From: a virus
Taxonomy: Duplodnaviria; Caudoviricetes
IMG/VR virus record: IMGVR_UViG_3300031839_001436
Span: 1-59,929 of that record
Direction: 5' to 3' (one strand)
DNA length: 59,929 bases
Shown: positions 8,425-18,088 of the stretch, one piece after another
Layout: the number at the start of each line of letters is the position of its first letter
Numbering within the stretch: position 1 is the stretch's first letter
Made by a program: the position numbers and the translations under genes
The notes under the pieces: model-generated
The model's input: only the letters and a program-made list of their open reading frames with translations
What the model was told of the DNA's origin: nothing
Database searches by the model: none

Positions 8425-9918
8425 TTACGTTATCTCTATATCTATCGTATAAGGTCGTGTAATGCTTAATTCAGTCGTATATGGGCGTGTGATTGCTATC
8501 ACGGTGCTACTATCAACAATCGCTATGCCATCGGTTATGACAGGCTCTTGTACTGTGAATGTGAGTGCTACAACATTAGGTGATACAGTTACGCTACCTG
8601 TTGTAACGGTTGGTTCTTGCACTGTGAATACAAGCGGTACAATGTCGGGGCTTACGGTTTGCTCATCAGTAGACTGTGATACCGTCGGCTCTTGGACTGT
8701 GAACGTTAGCCCAACGGTGTCCGGTGTGACCGTCACACTACCTGTAGACACACTAGGCTGTTCTACGGTAAAACTTAGCGACACGCTATCAGGATTAACC
8801 GTTAAGTCACCTGTGGATACGCTAGGCTCTTGCACGGTAAACGATAATGATGTCGTATCGGGGTTTACGGTCACACTACCCGTAGACACGCTAGGCTCTT
8901 GAATCGTAAACGATAACGATACACTATCAGGTGATACCGTCGCGTCCCCAACCGATACAGACGGCTCTTGTACTGTGAATGTGAGCGCGGTTGTATCAGG
9001 CGATACGGTTACGCTGCCAGTGGATACAGACGGCTGTTCTACGGTGTGTGACAATTCAACTACATCAGGTGATACAACAGAATTCCCTAGCGCAACGGTT
9101 GGCTGTTGAACCGTGAATGTTAATGCGGTTGTGTCAGGGTTAACCGCCACGCTACCCGGCGCAACCGTTGGCTCTTGTACTGTAAACGGCATAGATACCG
9201 CATCTGGTAACACATACGGCACAATAACATCGTCTACAATATCATCCGATGCCATATTAACCATTGTAGCATCGTTATCACCTTTGCTATCGGTTAATGT
9301 GGGGTATGTATCCCCGTCCCCCATTCGATACCATGAGATGCAATAGGTATCATAGTCGTCATGGTCGCTTAAATCTGTGGGTAATCCACTGTTATATAAC
9401 CCTGTAACCCCTGTTTTTGACCATAACGACACCTCATCTACATGAGCATGTAGATTGTTTCCACTTGTGCTACTTTCTCCAATAAGGAAACTATCACTTG
9501 CATCGCTGTCGGCTGTTCCTGATGGTGTGGTGACTTCAAAAATAGTAGATGCTACGTTGTTAATCCATATGCTAGGATCATTTGTATCAGAATCGCTATC
9601 GTATTCCACACGAACATGTATCCACGCGCTACCATCATGGGGAATATTAAATGAAGTAGAACGCCATACCCCTTGTAAGGTGCTAAATTCATGCCGAAAG
9701 AATACACGGGTGTTACTGCTAACATCGCCACTCGTATATATACGCCATGCACCCTTATCGGCAAATCGCGCGTTATTAGAGTATGACTCTATTCTGAACC
9801 ACCCCTGAAACGACGCGCCCCCCGACCAGAAATTGTCTAATGAAGTGTCTGAACCGCAATCAATGTGATCGTCTACACCGTCTATAGATACGGATTTTTG
9901 ATTAATGATGCCTGCCAT
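8425..9918 (-). CDS. LamG/concanavalin-like domain protein with a 23-aa repeat stalk (fiber/adhesin)
   Basis: SIDGVDDHIDCG...WIHV...IWINN...VDEVSLW...WYRMGDG, then about 10 repeats of PD(T/S)xxLxFTV(Q/E)(E/Q)PxVxxGxVTV. Confidence 0.8.
   Translation of the reverse strand: MAGIINQKSVSIDGVDDHIDCGSDTSLDNFWSGGASFQGWFRIESYSNNARFADKGAWRIYTSGDVSSNTRVFFRHEFSTLQGVWRSTSFNIPHDGSAWIHVRVEYDSDSDTNDPSIWINNVASTIFEVTTPSGTADSDASDSFLIGESSTSGNNLHAHVDEVSLWSKTGVTGLYNSGLPTDLSDHDDYDTYCISWYRMGDGDTYPTLTDSKGDNDATMVNMASDDIVDDVIVPYVLPDAVSMPFTVQEPTVAPGSVAVNPDTTALTFTVQQPTVALGNSVVSPDVVELSHTVEQPSVSTGSVTVSPDTTALTFTVQEPSVSVGDATVSPDSVSLSFTIQEPSVSTGSVTVNPDTTSLSFTVQEPSVSTGDLTVNPDSVSLSFTVEQPSVSTGSVTVTPDTVGLTFTVQEPTVSQSTDEQTVSPDIVPLVFTVQEPTVTTGSVTVSPNVVALTFTVQEPVITDGIAIVDSSTVIAITRPYTTELSITRPYTIDIEIT
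8528..9207 (-). repeat. About 10 imperfect 69-bp coding tandem repeats (ends approximate)
   Basis: 23-aa units visible in the translation. Confidence 0.85.
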
Positions 9919-9921
9919 AAT

Positions 9922-10284
9922 CTACCTCGTAAACTCAAAATCACGGTCTGAAAACCGCAATGTATAATGTCCATCGTGGTTTTCATCGGGTAAATACGCG
10001 GCGTATGTTGTTAGCATAGACAGTTTGAACTGTTGAATGCGTAGACGCTGTGTAATTGCAATTAAACGGTCTTTGAGTATTTGAGGCTCATCACCATTGA
10101 ACGCCAAACGGTCGAATTTGAGAACCGCATAACGCGATATACCGTCTACGGGGTCAACTGAATACAGGCATGTAGTGTAATCCGTTTCTACGGCGTAATC
10201 ATTGACTAGCCTATTAAATTGTAATGCCGTTAACGATGGTAAATGGATTAACAGATACCATCGATTGCTATAATCACGTGGCAT
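9922..10284 (-). CDS. Hypothetical protein
   Basis: TAATG coupling to the upstream gene. Confidence 0.65.
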   Translation of the reverse strand: MPRDYSNRWYLLIHLPSLTALQFNRLVNDYAVETDYTTCLYSVDPVDGISRYAVLKFDRLAFNGDEPQILKDRLIAITQRLRIQQFKLSMLTTYAAYLPDENHDGHYTLRFSDRDFEFTR

Positions 10285-10697
10285 TAGGTCGTGATGATAC
10301 CGCTACCGTTCCAGCTAATGACAATATCGCCACCATTAGCGACCACAGGCAAACTTGCATCTGATGTTGTATCAATGTAACAAATCGGAATATCATCGGA
10401 TGATACGCCGTCTGTGACATACTTAAATAGGATAATTGCAGCCGCCGTACCGCTTGCTACTGAACTAAATGTCAAATCGGCAGCGTCAAACGCGCCACTG
10501 GATACGGATTCGCTTGCCAACGCCGTGATAGAGCCGATACGCGCGGCTGTGGGAACATTCGCATTTTCCATCGTGGCATGGGCTGCACTAAATGTGTACG
10601 AACTAGAGACAAGAACAGCCCGTATATCATCGTTATCTAGGTCAATAGACCCGTTTAATAGACCCGTTTTGGCAACGGTATACATTGCATTTGCCAT
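10284..10697 (-). CDS. Phage virion structural protein (fiber-associated)
   Basis: MANAMY...IDLDNDDIRAVLV...FDAAD...ICYID...NGGDIVISW is a recurrent phage structural pattern; AAGGA RBS. Confidence 0.7.
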   Translation of the reverse strand: MANAMYTVAKTGLLNGSIDLDNDDIRAVLVSSSYTFSAAHATMENANVPTAARIGSITALASESVSSGAFDAADLTFSSVASGTAAAIILFKYVTDGVSSDDIPICYIDTTSDASLPVVANGGDIVISWNGSGIITT

Positions 10698-10727
10698 TGT
10701 GTTATTCCTTTAGGTAGTTGTGATGTG

Positions 10728-10755
10728 GAAAACAAAAAACCGCTTGCGCGGCTCG
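10728..10755 (-). terminator. Intrinsic terminator after the portal gene
   Basis: Minus strand CCGC-GCAA-GCGG followed by TTTTTTGTTTT. Confidence 0.65.
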
Positions 10756-10781
10756 TGTGAATCGATATAAGATTGTGTTAT

Positions 10782-13346
10782 TTAGATGTTTGGCAGTCTG
10801 CCAACTGCATTCCCAAACACCTTGACTAGGTTACATTTGCAATTAAAGCCATTACAGGCTAATTTGTCGCTGCGAGGGATTATCCCACGTGACATATAGG
10901 TTTTCATGCGATGTCTTTGTCCGTTCAACGCTAGACAATCCTCGCAATGCTCGGCAATTCCATAAACCCACTCATACATGCCATTTTTGTCTGCGCTGGC
11001 TTTACCCGCTTCAAATAGTGGTGCAATCGACTTATTGAACCACATACTAGGCTTTGCTTGCGCTTCTAAGTCGCTAATACCCTTGCCGTATATCACATCG
11101 GCTAGGTTATTCACATAATCGCGCTGTTTGACGAAATGCGATTCCATGATGGCTTTATCATCATCGTCTAGCAAGGCTAATTCAGTGACCACGCCGCCCA
11201 CGCGCAAGCCATCCAACATCGCCATTCCACCATAGCCGCGTATAAATTGCATCAGGTGCGTTTTGAATGTGCGCTTGTCAGTGGTGGTCGCACGTGCCGA
11301 TTCAATCAATGTCTCAACAGCGAACTCAAAATCTAATCGCGTGGACTGGATCGCTTTTTGTTGTAGCCATTCTTTATGGTTGTCTTTGCCCTCATAGCTG
11401 TATTCAACATTACGTATAAACGCCTTAAGCGTATCCATTTCGGTGTCTAATGCTGTAATTAAGGTAGATGCCGATTCGTTACCCGCCATGATGCTATCAG
11501 CTATATACCCACGTGTTTTATCCGGTACGAATGCCGATTTCTCATGCTTACCCGATTTAACATATCGTTTCCATGTCACCAACTCGTTAAAGATGTCATC
11601 TAGGTTAATCGGTGCGGACTTGAATACGTCGCTATCCCCTGTGGGCATTGCGTCGGGATGTACCTTGTCTAGCGATATATTGCCGATTTCGGGATCAAGA
11701 TCAGCTAACACCTTTTGATACTCAACATCTTTACTAGCTAATTCGACCGCATCAGATAATATCTTTTCACGCTGGTCTGATGGCATTTTTAGCAAGTCGT
11801 ATACCGTAACATGTTTATCCGCATCGGTATTATCGTCTATGTCATCTACAACGGTATCCGGTGGTGTATCGTCTTGACCATCGGGCATATCCTGTGTGGT
11901 TTCGGCTTCTGTATCCCCTACATGTTCGTCAAGTGTTTCAACACCTGAATTAGTAGGAATCACGTTATTGGGGTCTTCTGGCTGTGGTAATGGTGTGCCT
12001 GTAATGAGTTCGCTATTGTAAACGGACGGAGCAACAAGAAACTTGTATTTCCATAGATTTGCAATCTCATCTTTGGGAACGGGTACACCCTCAAACATGA
12101 ATAAATCATCCAATCCCTTAACCCGTTTACCGCCGTTCTGTTCAATGTAGTCATTCAAGGCTAGACCACCGGATTGCAGTTGTTTCGTGCGAATATCCAA
12201 TGCTAATGAGTCTTGCTCTGTAACAAGATGATACCCTGTATAGTCAAACTCAAAACGGTAGTCATTTGACCGCATGATAAACGGTAGAAGGTTATGATTA
12301 ATCAGGTCTTGAATACTTGACAGTAACGGACGTAGCCGCTTGTTGATAAACTGCGATTCGATTTGTGCAATATCTTCTTTGTAGCTTGTGCTATCGGTAT
12401 ACCCGACTAGCGCAGGATTCACACCGAACGCGGTTAATATCTCTTTTTCGATATTCTCCCCGATGGAATACTGCTTATCGATTTCGGGCTGTGGTAGCAC
12501 TTCCCAATTAATCGGCACATTGGATATAAACGGTCTAAAGCTATTGCGAACACTTATGTGCCAACCGTTAATCAGCTTTTGAAGTACACTAACTTCTTGT
12601 GATGTGAGATTGCTCATCCCTGTGGGGTTAGGGTTTGGCATAGGACTCCCCACAAGCCCCAACGTCGCATTATTGCGGAAAAACGCCTGTAAGAACTCAT
12701 CTAGGTTGTCTTCAATCCGAATCTTGGATATTGCCGATGCTAGGACGCTTGCCCCGCGTAAATCGTGAAACGGATTAAACCCATGCGAGTATGCAATGTC
12801 TTTCGGTCGAAACATCTGATATTCATTGTTCCAACTGTAATCAAATTGGGAGATGTAACCCATTTCATCACGTGGGTCAACCCCTAGCGAATTGAGTACA
12901 CGAAAATGACGTGATCCACTAGATACACGACCGTTTACCTTTTCGGCATAAATCGAATCGTATAGCACAGCGTTATAGACCATTGCCGATAGTGCATGAA
13001 TCCCATACTCATGTTGGTGGTGGTTGAACACAGCGTACAATTCACTCGTGGTCTGTACGTCGCCACTACGCGCTATCACATTATCGTTATCATCGTTATC
13101 CGATGTATTCTTGATAATCTGAGAGGGTATATCCAATGCCGATGTTGCGTAGTAATCGACCGCTTGCCGTACTGCCATTACGGCTATATACGCCTGTGCA
13201 TAGCCGTATTTGTTATCCTGTAGGATGCCGGATGGATATGATTCACCTGTGTACCCAAATAACCCGCTTGCCAGCCAGTTCGCTGTGTTCTTTTGTGGCA
13301 TAGCAGGGTTCATAAATGCTTTGATTCGCTGTGCTAGTGTTGGCAT
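10782..13346 (-). CDS. Portal protein fused to a MuF-like head morphogenesis domain
   Basis: Portal motifs (LRGASVL, FFRNNA, ILTAFGVNPALVG, RFEFD), an acidic linker, and a C-terminal WVYG.AEHCEDCLALNG...LACNGFNCKC; follows TerL. Confidence 0.88.
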   Translation of the reverse strand: MPTLAQRIKAFMNPAMPQKNTANWLASGLFGYTGESYPSGILQDNKYGYAQAYIAVMAVRQAVDYYATSALDIPSQIIKNTSDNDDNDNVIARSGDVQTTSELYAVFNHHQHEYGIHALSAMVYNAVLYDSIYAEKVNGRVSSGSRHFRVLNSLGVDPRDEMGYISQFDYSWNNEYQMFRPKDIAYSHGFNPFHDLRGASVLASAISKIRIEDNLDEFLQAFFRNNATLGLVGSPMPNPNPTGMSNLTSQEVSVLQKLINGWHISVRNSFRPFISNVPINWEVLPQPEIDKQYSIGENIEKEILTAFGVNPALVGYTDSTSYKEDIAQIESQFINKRLRPLLSSIQDLINHNLLPFIMRSNDYRFEFDYTGYHLVTEQDSLALDIRTKQLQSGGLALNDYIEQNGGKRVKGLDDLFMFEGVPVPKDEIANLWKYKFLVAPSVYNSELITGTPLPQPEDPNNVIPTNSGVETLDEHVGDTEAETTQDMPDGQDDTPPDTVVDDIDDNTDADKHVTVYDLLKMPSDQREKILSDAVELASKDVEYQKVLADLDPEIGNISLDKVHPDAMPTGDSDVFKSAPINLDDIFNELVTWKRYVKSGKHEKSAFVPDKTRGYIADSIMAGNESASTLITALDTEMDTLKAFIRNVEYSYEGKDNHKEWLQQKAIQSTRLDFEFAVETLIESARATTTDKRTFKTHLMQFIRGYGGMAMLDGLRVGGVVTELALLDDDDKAIMESHFVKQRDYVNNLADVIYGKGISDLEAQAKPSMWFNKSIAPLFEAGKASADKNGMYEWVYGIAEHCEDCLALNGQRHRMKTYMSRGIIPRSDKLACNGFNCKCNLVKVFGNAVGRLPNI

Positions 13347-14797
13347 TAAATCGCCTCTATCTGTACATTCCCACGCATAACCGCAAACAATGCTAGCGCG
13401 GTTGCAATCACGGTGTCATCGTGTGCGCCCTCATCAGCTTCATATTGCCAATGTCCGCTAGCAGATTGCTTACTGATAAAATTCCTAAACTCGTGTTGTG
13501 TTGCTTTGTCGGCTTGTAGCTGCAACCCATACTCATGTAATGCAGCATGTAACCCCTGTATCAATGGCGGCTTTGTCTTTGCGCTCATGACAAACGCCCG
13601 TATTTCGGTATCACAATCGTGTTCCGCAAACTCTTTAATCAGGCTTTCGATGTTCGTGCTACCCATGCTATTCTTTTCGGCTAGCACCATACGGACACGC
13701 CATTGCTGGCACTTGATACGCACCTGCGCCCGCATATCATCCCATCTCATTTTGTTGAGTCGGATGCTATCAACTTCCTGATAGGTGTTACGGTCTATGA
13801 TCTTTAATACGGTAAAATCGTTATCTTGCCCAAAATCCAACCCTGCCATGTAGATGTGCGATTCATCATATTCAGGGTCTAATGGAGCATTGAAGCTGTT
13901 TTCTGTATCACCAAAATAACTGTTACCCGATGCGAGGAAACATTGATATACGTCCTCTGGATGCTCTTGCTTAAACTTAACCGGGTCTTCTTTCATCTTG
14001 TAGCGTCGCCAATAGATTTGCGATTCCACTAGCCCATGCTTAGCGACTAGCTCTTTTTCTTCGTCATTGTAGGGGTATACAAGGTCGTCTATCGGCAATT
14101 CATATGTTCGCATCATATCGACGGTCAAGCGGTTGTAAGACGATTTCCACCACTCATAGAAGTGCAACGTCCATACACTATCGCCTGATAACGCTGCCAT
14201 GCATTCATCGTAAAACCAGCCAATAGCCCCGTTGGGTGTACTCTCAGCAACAGCGTACCCATCTAGCGGTAACGTGTTCAGAATACCCGACATGACATCA
14301 TTCGCGTTTTTCCAGAATGCTACTTCCGATGCGTGTAACCGTCGGAACGTGGACGCACGTCCTGCGCTGCTACTGCCAGCCGTATCGATTGACACTTCAC
14401 TACCATTGGCATACACGGTTGTACTTGCGTTATCGGATGTTCTACCGATTTTGTACTTTTCCGGTAGGTAGTCGTAAAATCGATCATTCATACGCCGTAG
14501 TTTTTGCGTGTTCTCTGACTTATCCGTAATAACAAGCTGCCGACTAGCTTGTATCTGAGAGATAACAAAATCATCGGCACGGCAAAATGTTGTCATTCCC
14601 ACTTGACGCGATTTCAATACAAGGTCGCGTTTAGTGCGACGCTTCATAAAATCGGCTTGGATTTCGTTAGGGGTGAATGATACGATGCGGTCTTGCTTAT
14701 CTTGAATCTTTAAATGCGGTGCAATGTCATCATACGTGCGATTCTGTTGTTTCTGCTTTGTACGGACTTTTGCCGTACTAATCAGCAATCGGGACAT
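13346..14797 (-). CDS. terL: Terminase large subunit
   Basis: Walker A LKSRQVGMTT, Walker B LHASEVAFW, ESTPNG, nuclease GLDFGQDND and HDDTVIA. Confidence 0.95.
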   Translation of the reverse strand: MSRLLISTAKVRTKQKQQNRTYDDIAPHLKIQDKQDRIVSFTPNEIQADFMKRRTKRDLVLKSRQVGMTTFCRADDFVISQIQASRQLVITDKSENTQKLRRMNDRFYDYLPEKYKIGRTSDNASTTVYANGSEVSIDTAGSSSAGRASTFRRLHASEVAFWKNANDVMSGILNTLPLDGYAVAESTPNGAIGWFYDECMAALSGDSVWTLHFYEWWKSSYNRLTVDMMRTYELPIDDLVYPYNDEEKELVAKHGLVESQIYWRRYKMKEDPVKFKQEHPEDVYQCFLASGNSYFGDTENSFNAPLDPEYDESHIYMAGLDFGQDNDFTVLKIIDRNTYQEVDSIRLNKMRWDDMRAQVRIKCQQWRVRMVLAEKNSMGSTNIESLIKEFAEHDCDTEIRAFVMSAKTKPPLIQGLHAALHEYGLQLQADKATQHEFRNFISKQSASGHWQYEADEGAHDDTVIATALALFAVMRGNVQIEAI

Positions 14798-15257
14798 TTG
14801 CCAACTTGAATAACTGGTCTGCTAGGCTTGCATCCTCTCCCATGTCGGTACACACGTCACGCAATACATCGTAGTCAATGCTACCGGATTTAATCGCTTC
14901 AATCGCGTCCGATTTCCAGTCCTCTATGCGCTGTGTGCTACTCGTAGTGAGGTTGTGATACTTTGCTATGTTTTCCAACGCTCTTAAACGGTGGCTAATA
15001 TCAGAATCCTTGACTAACCCACGTGCAATCTGTGCGAAGTGTGCTAGTGTTTCGCTTGCGCCCATTCCTAATTCATTTAAACGCTCATCAATAGCAACTT
15101 TAATTTTAGGATTTTTTAATAGATTACAAGCTGTTACATGAGCACCTTTTTCGGCATACCCCGCATTAATCGCTATTTGATAATCTGGTAGTTCAGGCTG
15201 TATGATATTTTTTACTTTTTCGTCAACGAATGCACGTTGCTTATCCGTTAGGGTCAT
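14778..15257 (-). CDS. terS: Terminase small subunit
   Basis: LTDKQRAFVDE...AINAGY...LLKNPKIK; immediately upstream of TerL. Confidence 0.9.
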   Translation of the reverse strand: MTLTDKQRAFVDEKVKNIIQPELPDYQIAINAGYAEKGAHVTACNLLKNPKIKVAIDERLNELGMGASETLAHFAQIARGLVKDSDISHRLRALENIAKYHNLTTSSTQRIEDWKSDAIEAIKSGSIDYDVLRDVCTDMGEDASLADQLFKLANVPIAD

Positions 15258-15582
15258 GGTCTGCCAACCGTCTCATTAATCGCTTCATAAACTCAAAGCA
15301 GAATTCCATCTGCAATGTCTTATAGGGGATGTGGTCATGATGTTCCAACACGTGGCTAACGATATTGACATTATGCTGATGGTCGTTAATCGTAATCGTG
15401 GCGATAAAGTCACTGGCAACGTCCAACGGATCACCAACGAATACCCGTACAAAATCGGCATTCCTGGGGATTTGCAAGCCGTATACCGTTCCTGCTAAGT
15501 CACTACGGGTATCACGCCATACTTCTAAAATGTCATTGTTTGGTAAATCGCGTAAGTTAGCCATTGTGCCGATGTTTCGCAA
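15241..15582 (-). CDS. Hypothetical protein (start possibly at MANLRD)
   Basis: ORF track; late operon. Confidence 0.6.
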   Translation of the reverse strand: MRNIGTMANLRDLPNNDILEVWRDTRSDLAGTVYGLQIPRNADFVRVFVGDPLDVASDFIATITINDHQHNVNIVSHVLEHHDHIPYKTLQMEFCFEFMKRLMRRLADHDPNG

Positions 15583-15814
15583 TCTCAGATTCTACAAGGG
15601 TGTATCTATCCTGATGGGTTGCACAGCTATCGAATGTACTCCGGTCAATCTGAACGAAGCCACCACGCAATGAAACAATGTAACGGTTTTCGTACCAGTT
15701 ATACGCTACCCACATAAAGTGAAACGGGGGCTTTTGCGCCATGCACCATTGATGATACGCCTCAAGAATAGGCGTTTTTTCGGTGTAATCGTTATTCGGG
15801 GGTATGTTAAACAC
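15557..15814 (-). CDS. Hypothetical protein
   Basis: ORF track; TAGTG coupling. Confidence 0.55.
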   Translation of the reverse strand: MFNIPPNNDYTEKTPILEAYHQWCMAQKPPFHFMWVAYNWYENRYIVSLRGGFVQIDRSTFDSCATHQDRYTLVESEIAKHRHNG

Positions 15815-16128
15815 TATAACTCTATCTCTAGTATAATATCGTATTCATTCATATACGCATCCACAGCGTCATTCAATGTCTGCTTGCGTGTAAATATATC
15901 TGTAATCGCTTCATTGATGTCTGTGCTATGGTCTGTAATATGTCGCATAATCGCTACTGTGTACTGATTGTGCAGCGCAATGATTTCGTGTAAGGCTTCT
16001 ATTTGCGCGTCTGGTTGCGTTGGTTGGCACACTTGAATGGTTAGTGCATTATCATTGCTAATCGTGGATGATTCTAGTGCCTTACGTACTGATTCAATAT
16101 CATTATCATCGAAATACTGACCTAGCAT
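15814..16128 (-). CDS. Hypothetical helical protein
   Basis: AAGGA RBS; TAATG coupling. Confidence 0.65.
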   Translation of the reverse strand: MLGQYFDDNDIESVRKALESSTISNDNALTIQVCQPTQPDAQIEALHEIIALHNQYTVAIMRHITDHSTDINEAITDIFTRKQTLNDAVDAYMNEYDIILEIEL

Positions 16129-16433
16129 TAACTATCCTTTTCTACACGTGTAGAATCTTTAAGCTTTGCGATTTCGGCGCGTAACCCTGCGATTTGTGTA
16201 CCCGATTCCGTGTTACTCTGGTAGACCTGCTTTTGTAAGTCGTTAATCTGTTCTCGTGCGGCTTGTAGCTCTTGTAACAAGTATTTTGTTGTGAATTCCT
16301 GCAAGTCGTCAGGATTCTTGGATACTGGCTCATCAGTGGGTTGTGTCTGTTTACCATTGCCAAACACAATGCCTATGAAGATGGCAAGCCCGATAAACCC
16401 GACAATAATCGGATTCTCTAATAGCTTATCCAT
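16128..16433 (-). CDS. Single-TM coiled-coil membrane protein (lysis-cassette position)
   Basis: N-terminal hydrophobic helix followed by a coiled coil. Confidence 0.65.
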   Translation of the reverse strand: MDKLLENPIIVGFIGLAIFIGIVFGNGKQTQPTDEPVSKNPDDLQEFTTKYLLQELQAAREQINDLQKQVYQSNTESGTQIAGLRAEIAKLKDSTRVEKDS

Positions 16434-16971
16434 TTAAGATTTTATCCTGTATGTCTTTTAAGTCGGTCTGCAGATCGTGGATACTCTTAAATGCCTTCTT
16501 GAGCCGATACGATTGCACAACCCCGATGATAAACAGGAATGGGAATGTACCGTATGCTAGCATTGCGAGTAACCCTAACAGTTGAAACCCTAAAAAGATG
16601 GTTGCATAAAAGATATACAAGGCATAGATAACAATCGGTAACGCACCAAAAATATAATATATTGGCAGTTGGTTACGGGCATAGCAGTACATCGCCATGA
16701 ATCCGGTAAATATCACAATCACATACGCATTGACCCCCAAGAAGTCTGCGAGGCTAGCAACACCACCATTGATACCCCGTTCAACGATAATCGCATTGAA
16801 CACGGTAAACCATAAATAGAATGTGCCTAGTACATATTGAGGGGATAACGATTGTAATCGGTCAATCAGATAATCATTGATGATTTGCCGATAGTTGCGC
16901 CTGTATAAGACACTGTTTACGCGCCTGATAATCGTTTGAGCTTGCAGAATGGTAGACCGGAAAAGTATCAT
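16426..16971 (-). CDS. Multi-TM membrane protein (holin-like candidate)
   Basis: About four hydrophobic segments; first gene after the late promoter. Confidence 0.6.
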   Translation of the reverse strand: MILFRSTILQAQTIIRRVNSVLYRRNYRQIINDYLIDRLQSLSPQYVLGTFYLWFTVFNAIIVERGINGGVASLADFLGVNAYVIVIFTGFMAMYCYARNQLPIYYIFGALPIVIYALYIFYATIFLGFQLLGLLAMLAYGTFPFLFIIGVVQSYRLKKAFKSIHDLQTDLKDIQDKILNG

Positions 16972-16987
16972 AGAAGTTTACCTAAAC

Positions 16988-17081
16988 GACAAAACGCCCG
17001 TAGGCGCGTTGTCTGGAAAAGCTGGCATTGTCGATGAAAGAACCACTAATCTAATTATAATCGCAAAAGCTTTAATGTCAA
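16988..17081 (-). promoter_or_regulatory. Late promoter (16-bp spacer) with a leader terminator hairpin
   Basis: TTGACA (17081-17076)-N16-TATAAT (17059-17054); CGCC-TACG-GGCG followed by TTTTG at about 16991-17006. Confidence 0.7.
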
Positions 17082-17107
17082 GCGTATTCGATAAATTAGC
17101 TATCATA

Positions 17108-17566
17108 TCATCCTACCCGCTTTAACATCGCGTTCAATTTGGCACGTTCTGACTTGGGAATGTCTGGCACGGCTTCCAATCCTGCTAGTCCACGCCGCGC
17201 CATTTTGGTTAGCATTTCCGCATAATGTACAATCAGTTGTGTAACAGGGATATTCAAATAGTACGATTCGCTTAACATCTTCATGGTTTCGTGCTCATCT
17301 TGGAGCGACTTATCATCCGTTCCAAACTTGACACGTCCCTTTAAGTGCATAAGCAGTAAGTAGATTTTCCAATCAAGGTCGTTAAAGTCTAAATCATAGC
17401 GACGCGCCCGGTATAAATCATCGTCAAACGGGTATGGGGTCTTGTTCACAATATGATTGAGTACCATTTGTTCAGTCGGTCTAGCTGTTGCGCTGTAATA
17501 TTCACCATTCCATAGACGGTCTGTACGTAGGATAAAGCCATGTCGTGTAGGGATGTATTGCTTCAT
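17108..17566 (-). CDS. Hypothetical protein; positional candidate for the late regulator/antiterminator
   Basis: Last gene before the late promoter (the lambda Q position); no motif recognised. Confidence 0.55.
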   Translation of the reverse strand: MKQYIPTRHGFILRTDRLWNGEYYSATARPTEQMVLNHIVNKTPYPFDDDLYRARRYDLDFNDLDWKIYLLLMHLKGRVKFGTDDKSLQDEHETMKMLSESYYLNIPVTQLIVHYAEMLTKMARRGLAGLEAVPDIPKSERAKLNAMLKRVG

Positions 17567-17721
17567 AATAGATAATCCGATACTAATAATCCGATGATTA
17601 GCCCAAGTACAAATATGATCTTTTCGCGCTTGGATAGGGATTGCGTCGGCTCACCAAAAATGACAGATAATAACTCGGATAACATAAGCTGATAGATTTG
17701 CCTGATAAGGTTTTTTAGCAT
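17563..17721 (-). CDS. Small membrane peptide, 52 aa
   Basis: Hand translation MLKNLIRQ...KIIFVLGLIIGLLVSDYLL; GAGGA RBS; ATGA overlap. Confidence 0.55.
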   Translation of the reverse strand: MLKNLIRQIYQLMLSELLSVIFGEPTQSLSKREKIIFVLGLIIGLLVSDYLL

Positions 17722-17731
17722 ATATCCTCTA

Positions 17732-18064
17732 TCAACCATATAAAAACTTGTAATGAGGTGTATTCCATTGGATTAAATCACTAAACGGCTTACCGTCTAT
17801 AGTAAAGTTGGCAGGGGATAGCATAACCATTAGCTTATCTTTCCCAGCCCAATCTACATGGGTAAAACAATCTAGTTTAGCAGTATCCGATTCTCTATCA
17901 ATGACTGCACAAATAATCACATTCCATTCACCGTACAATTCAAATATTTTGCACTCTAATGTCGCATCATATTTGTTTTCAATCTTGATCGCTTTGCCGT
18001 TCATTTCTTCAAACAATTTGATGTTGTGTTTATTTAATAGCTCACGTTCAAACATATATCCCAA
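17732..18064 (-). CDS. Hypothetical protein
   Basis: ORF track. Confidence 0.6.
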   Translation of the reverse strand: MGYMFERELLNKHNIKLFEEMNGKAIKIENKYDATLECKIFELYGEWNVIICAVIDRESDTAKLDCFTHVDWAGKDKLMVMLSPANFTIDGKPFSDLIQWNTPHYKFLYG

Positions 18065-18088
18065 CTTATCCCAATTTATCCAAAACGA

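Noticed and set aside
1550-14529. Many plus-strand ORFs opposite the capsid, fiber, portal and terminase genes (likewise in 42-48 kb and 52 kb)
   Set aside because: These are antisense shadows of well-supported genes, with no RBS or motifs noted.
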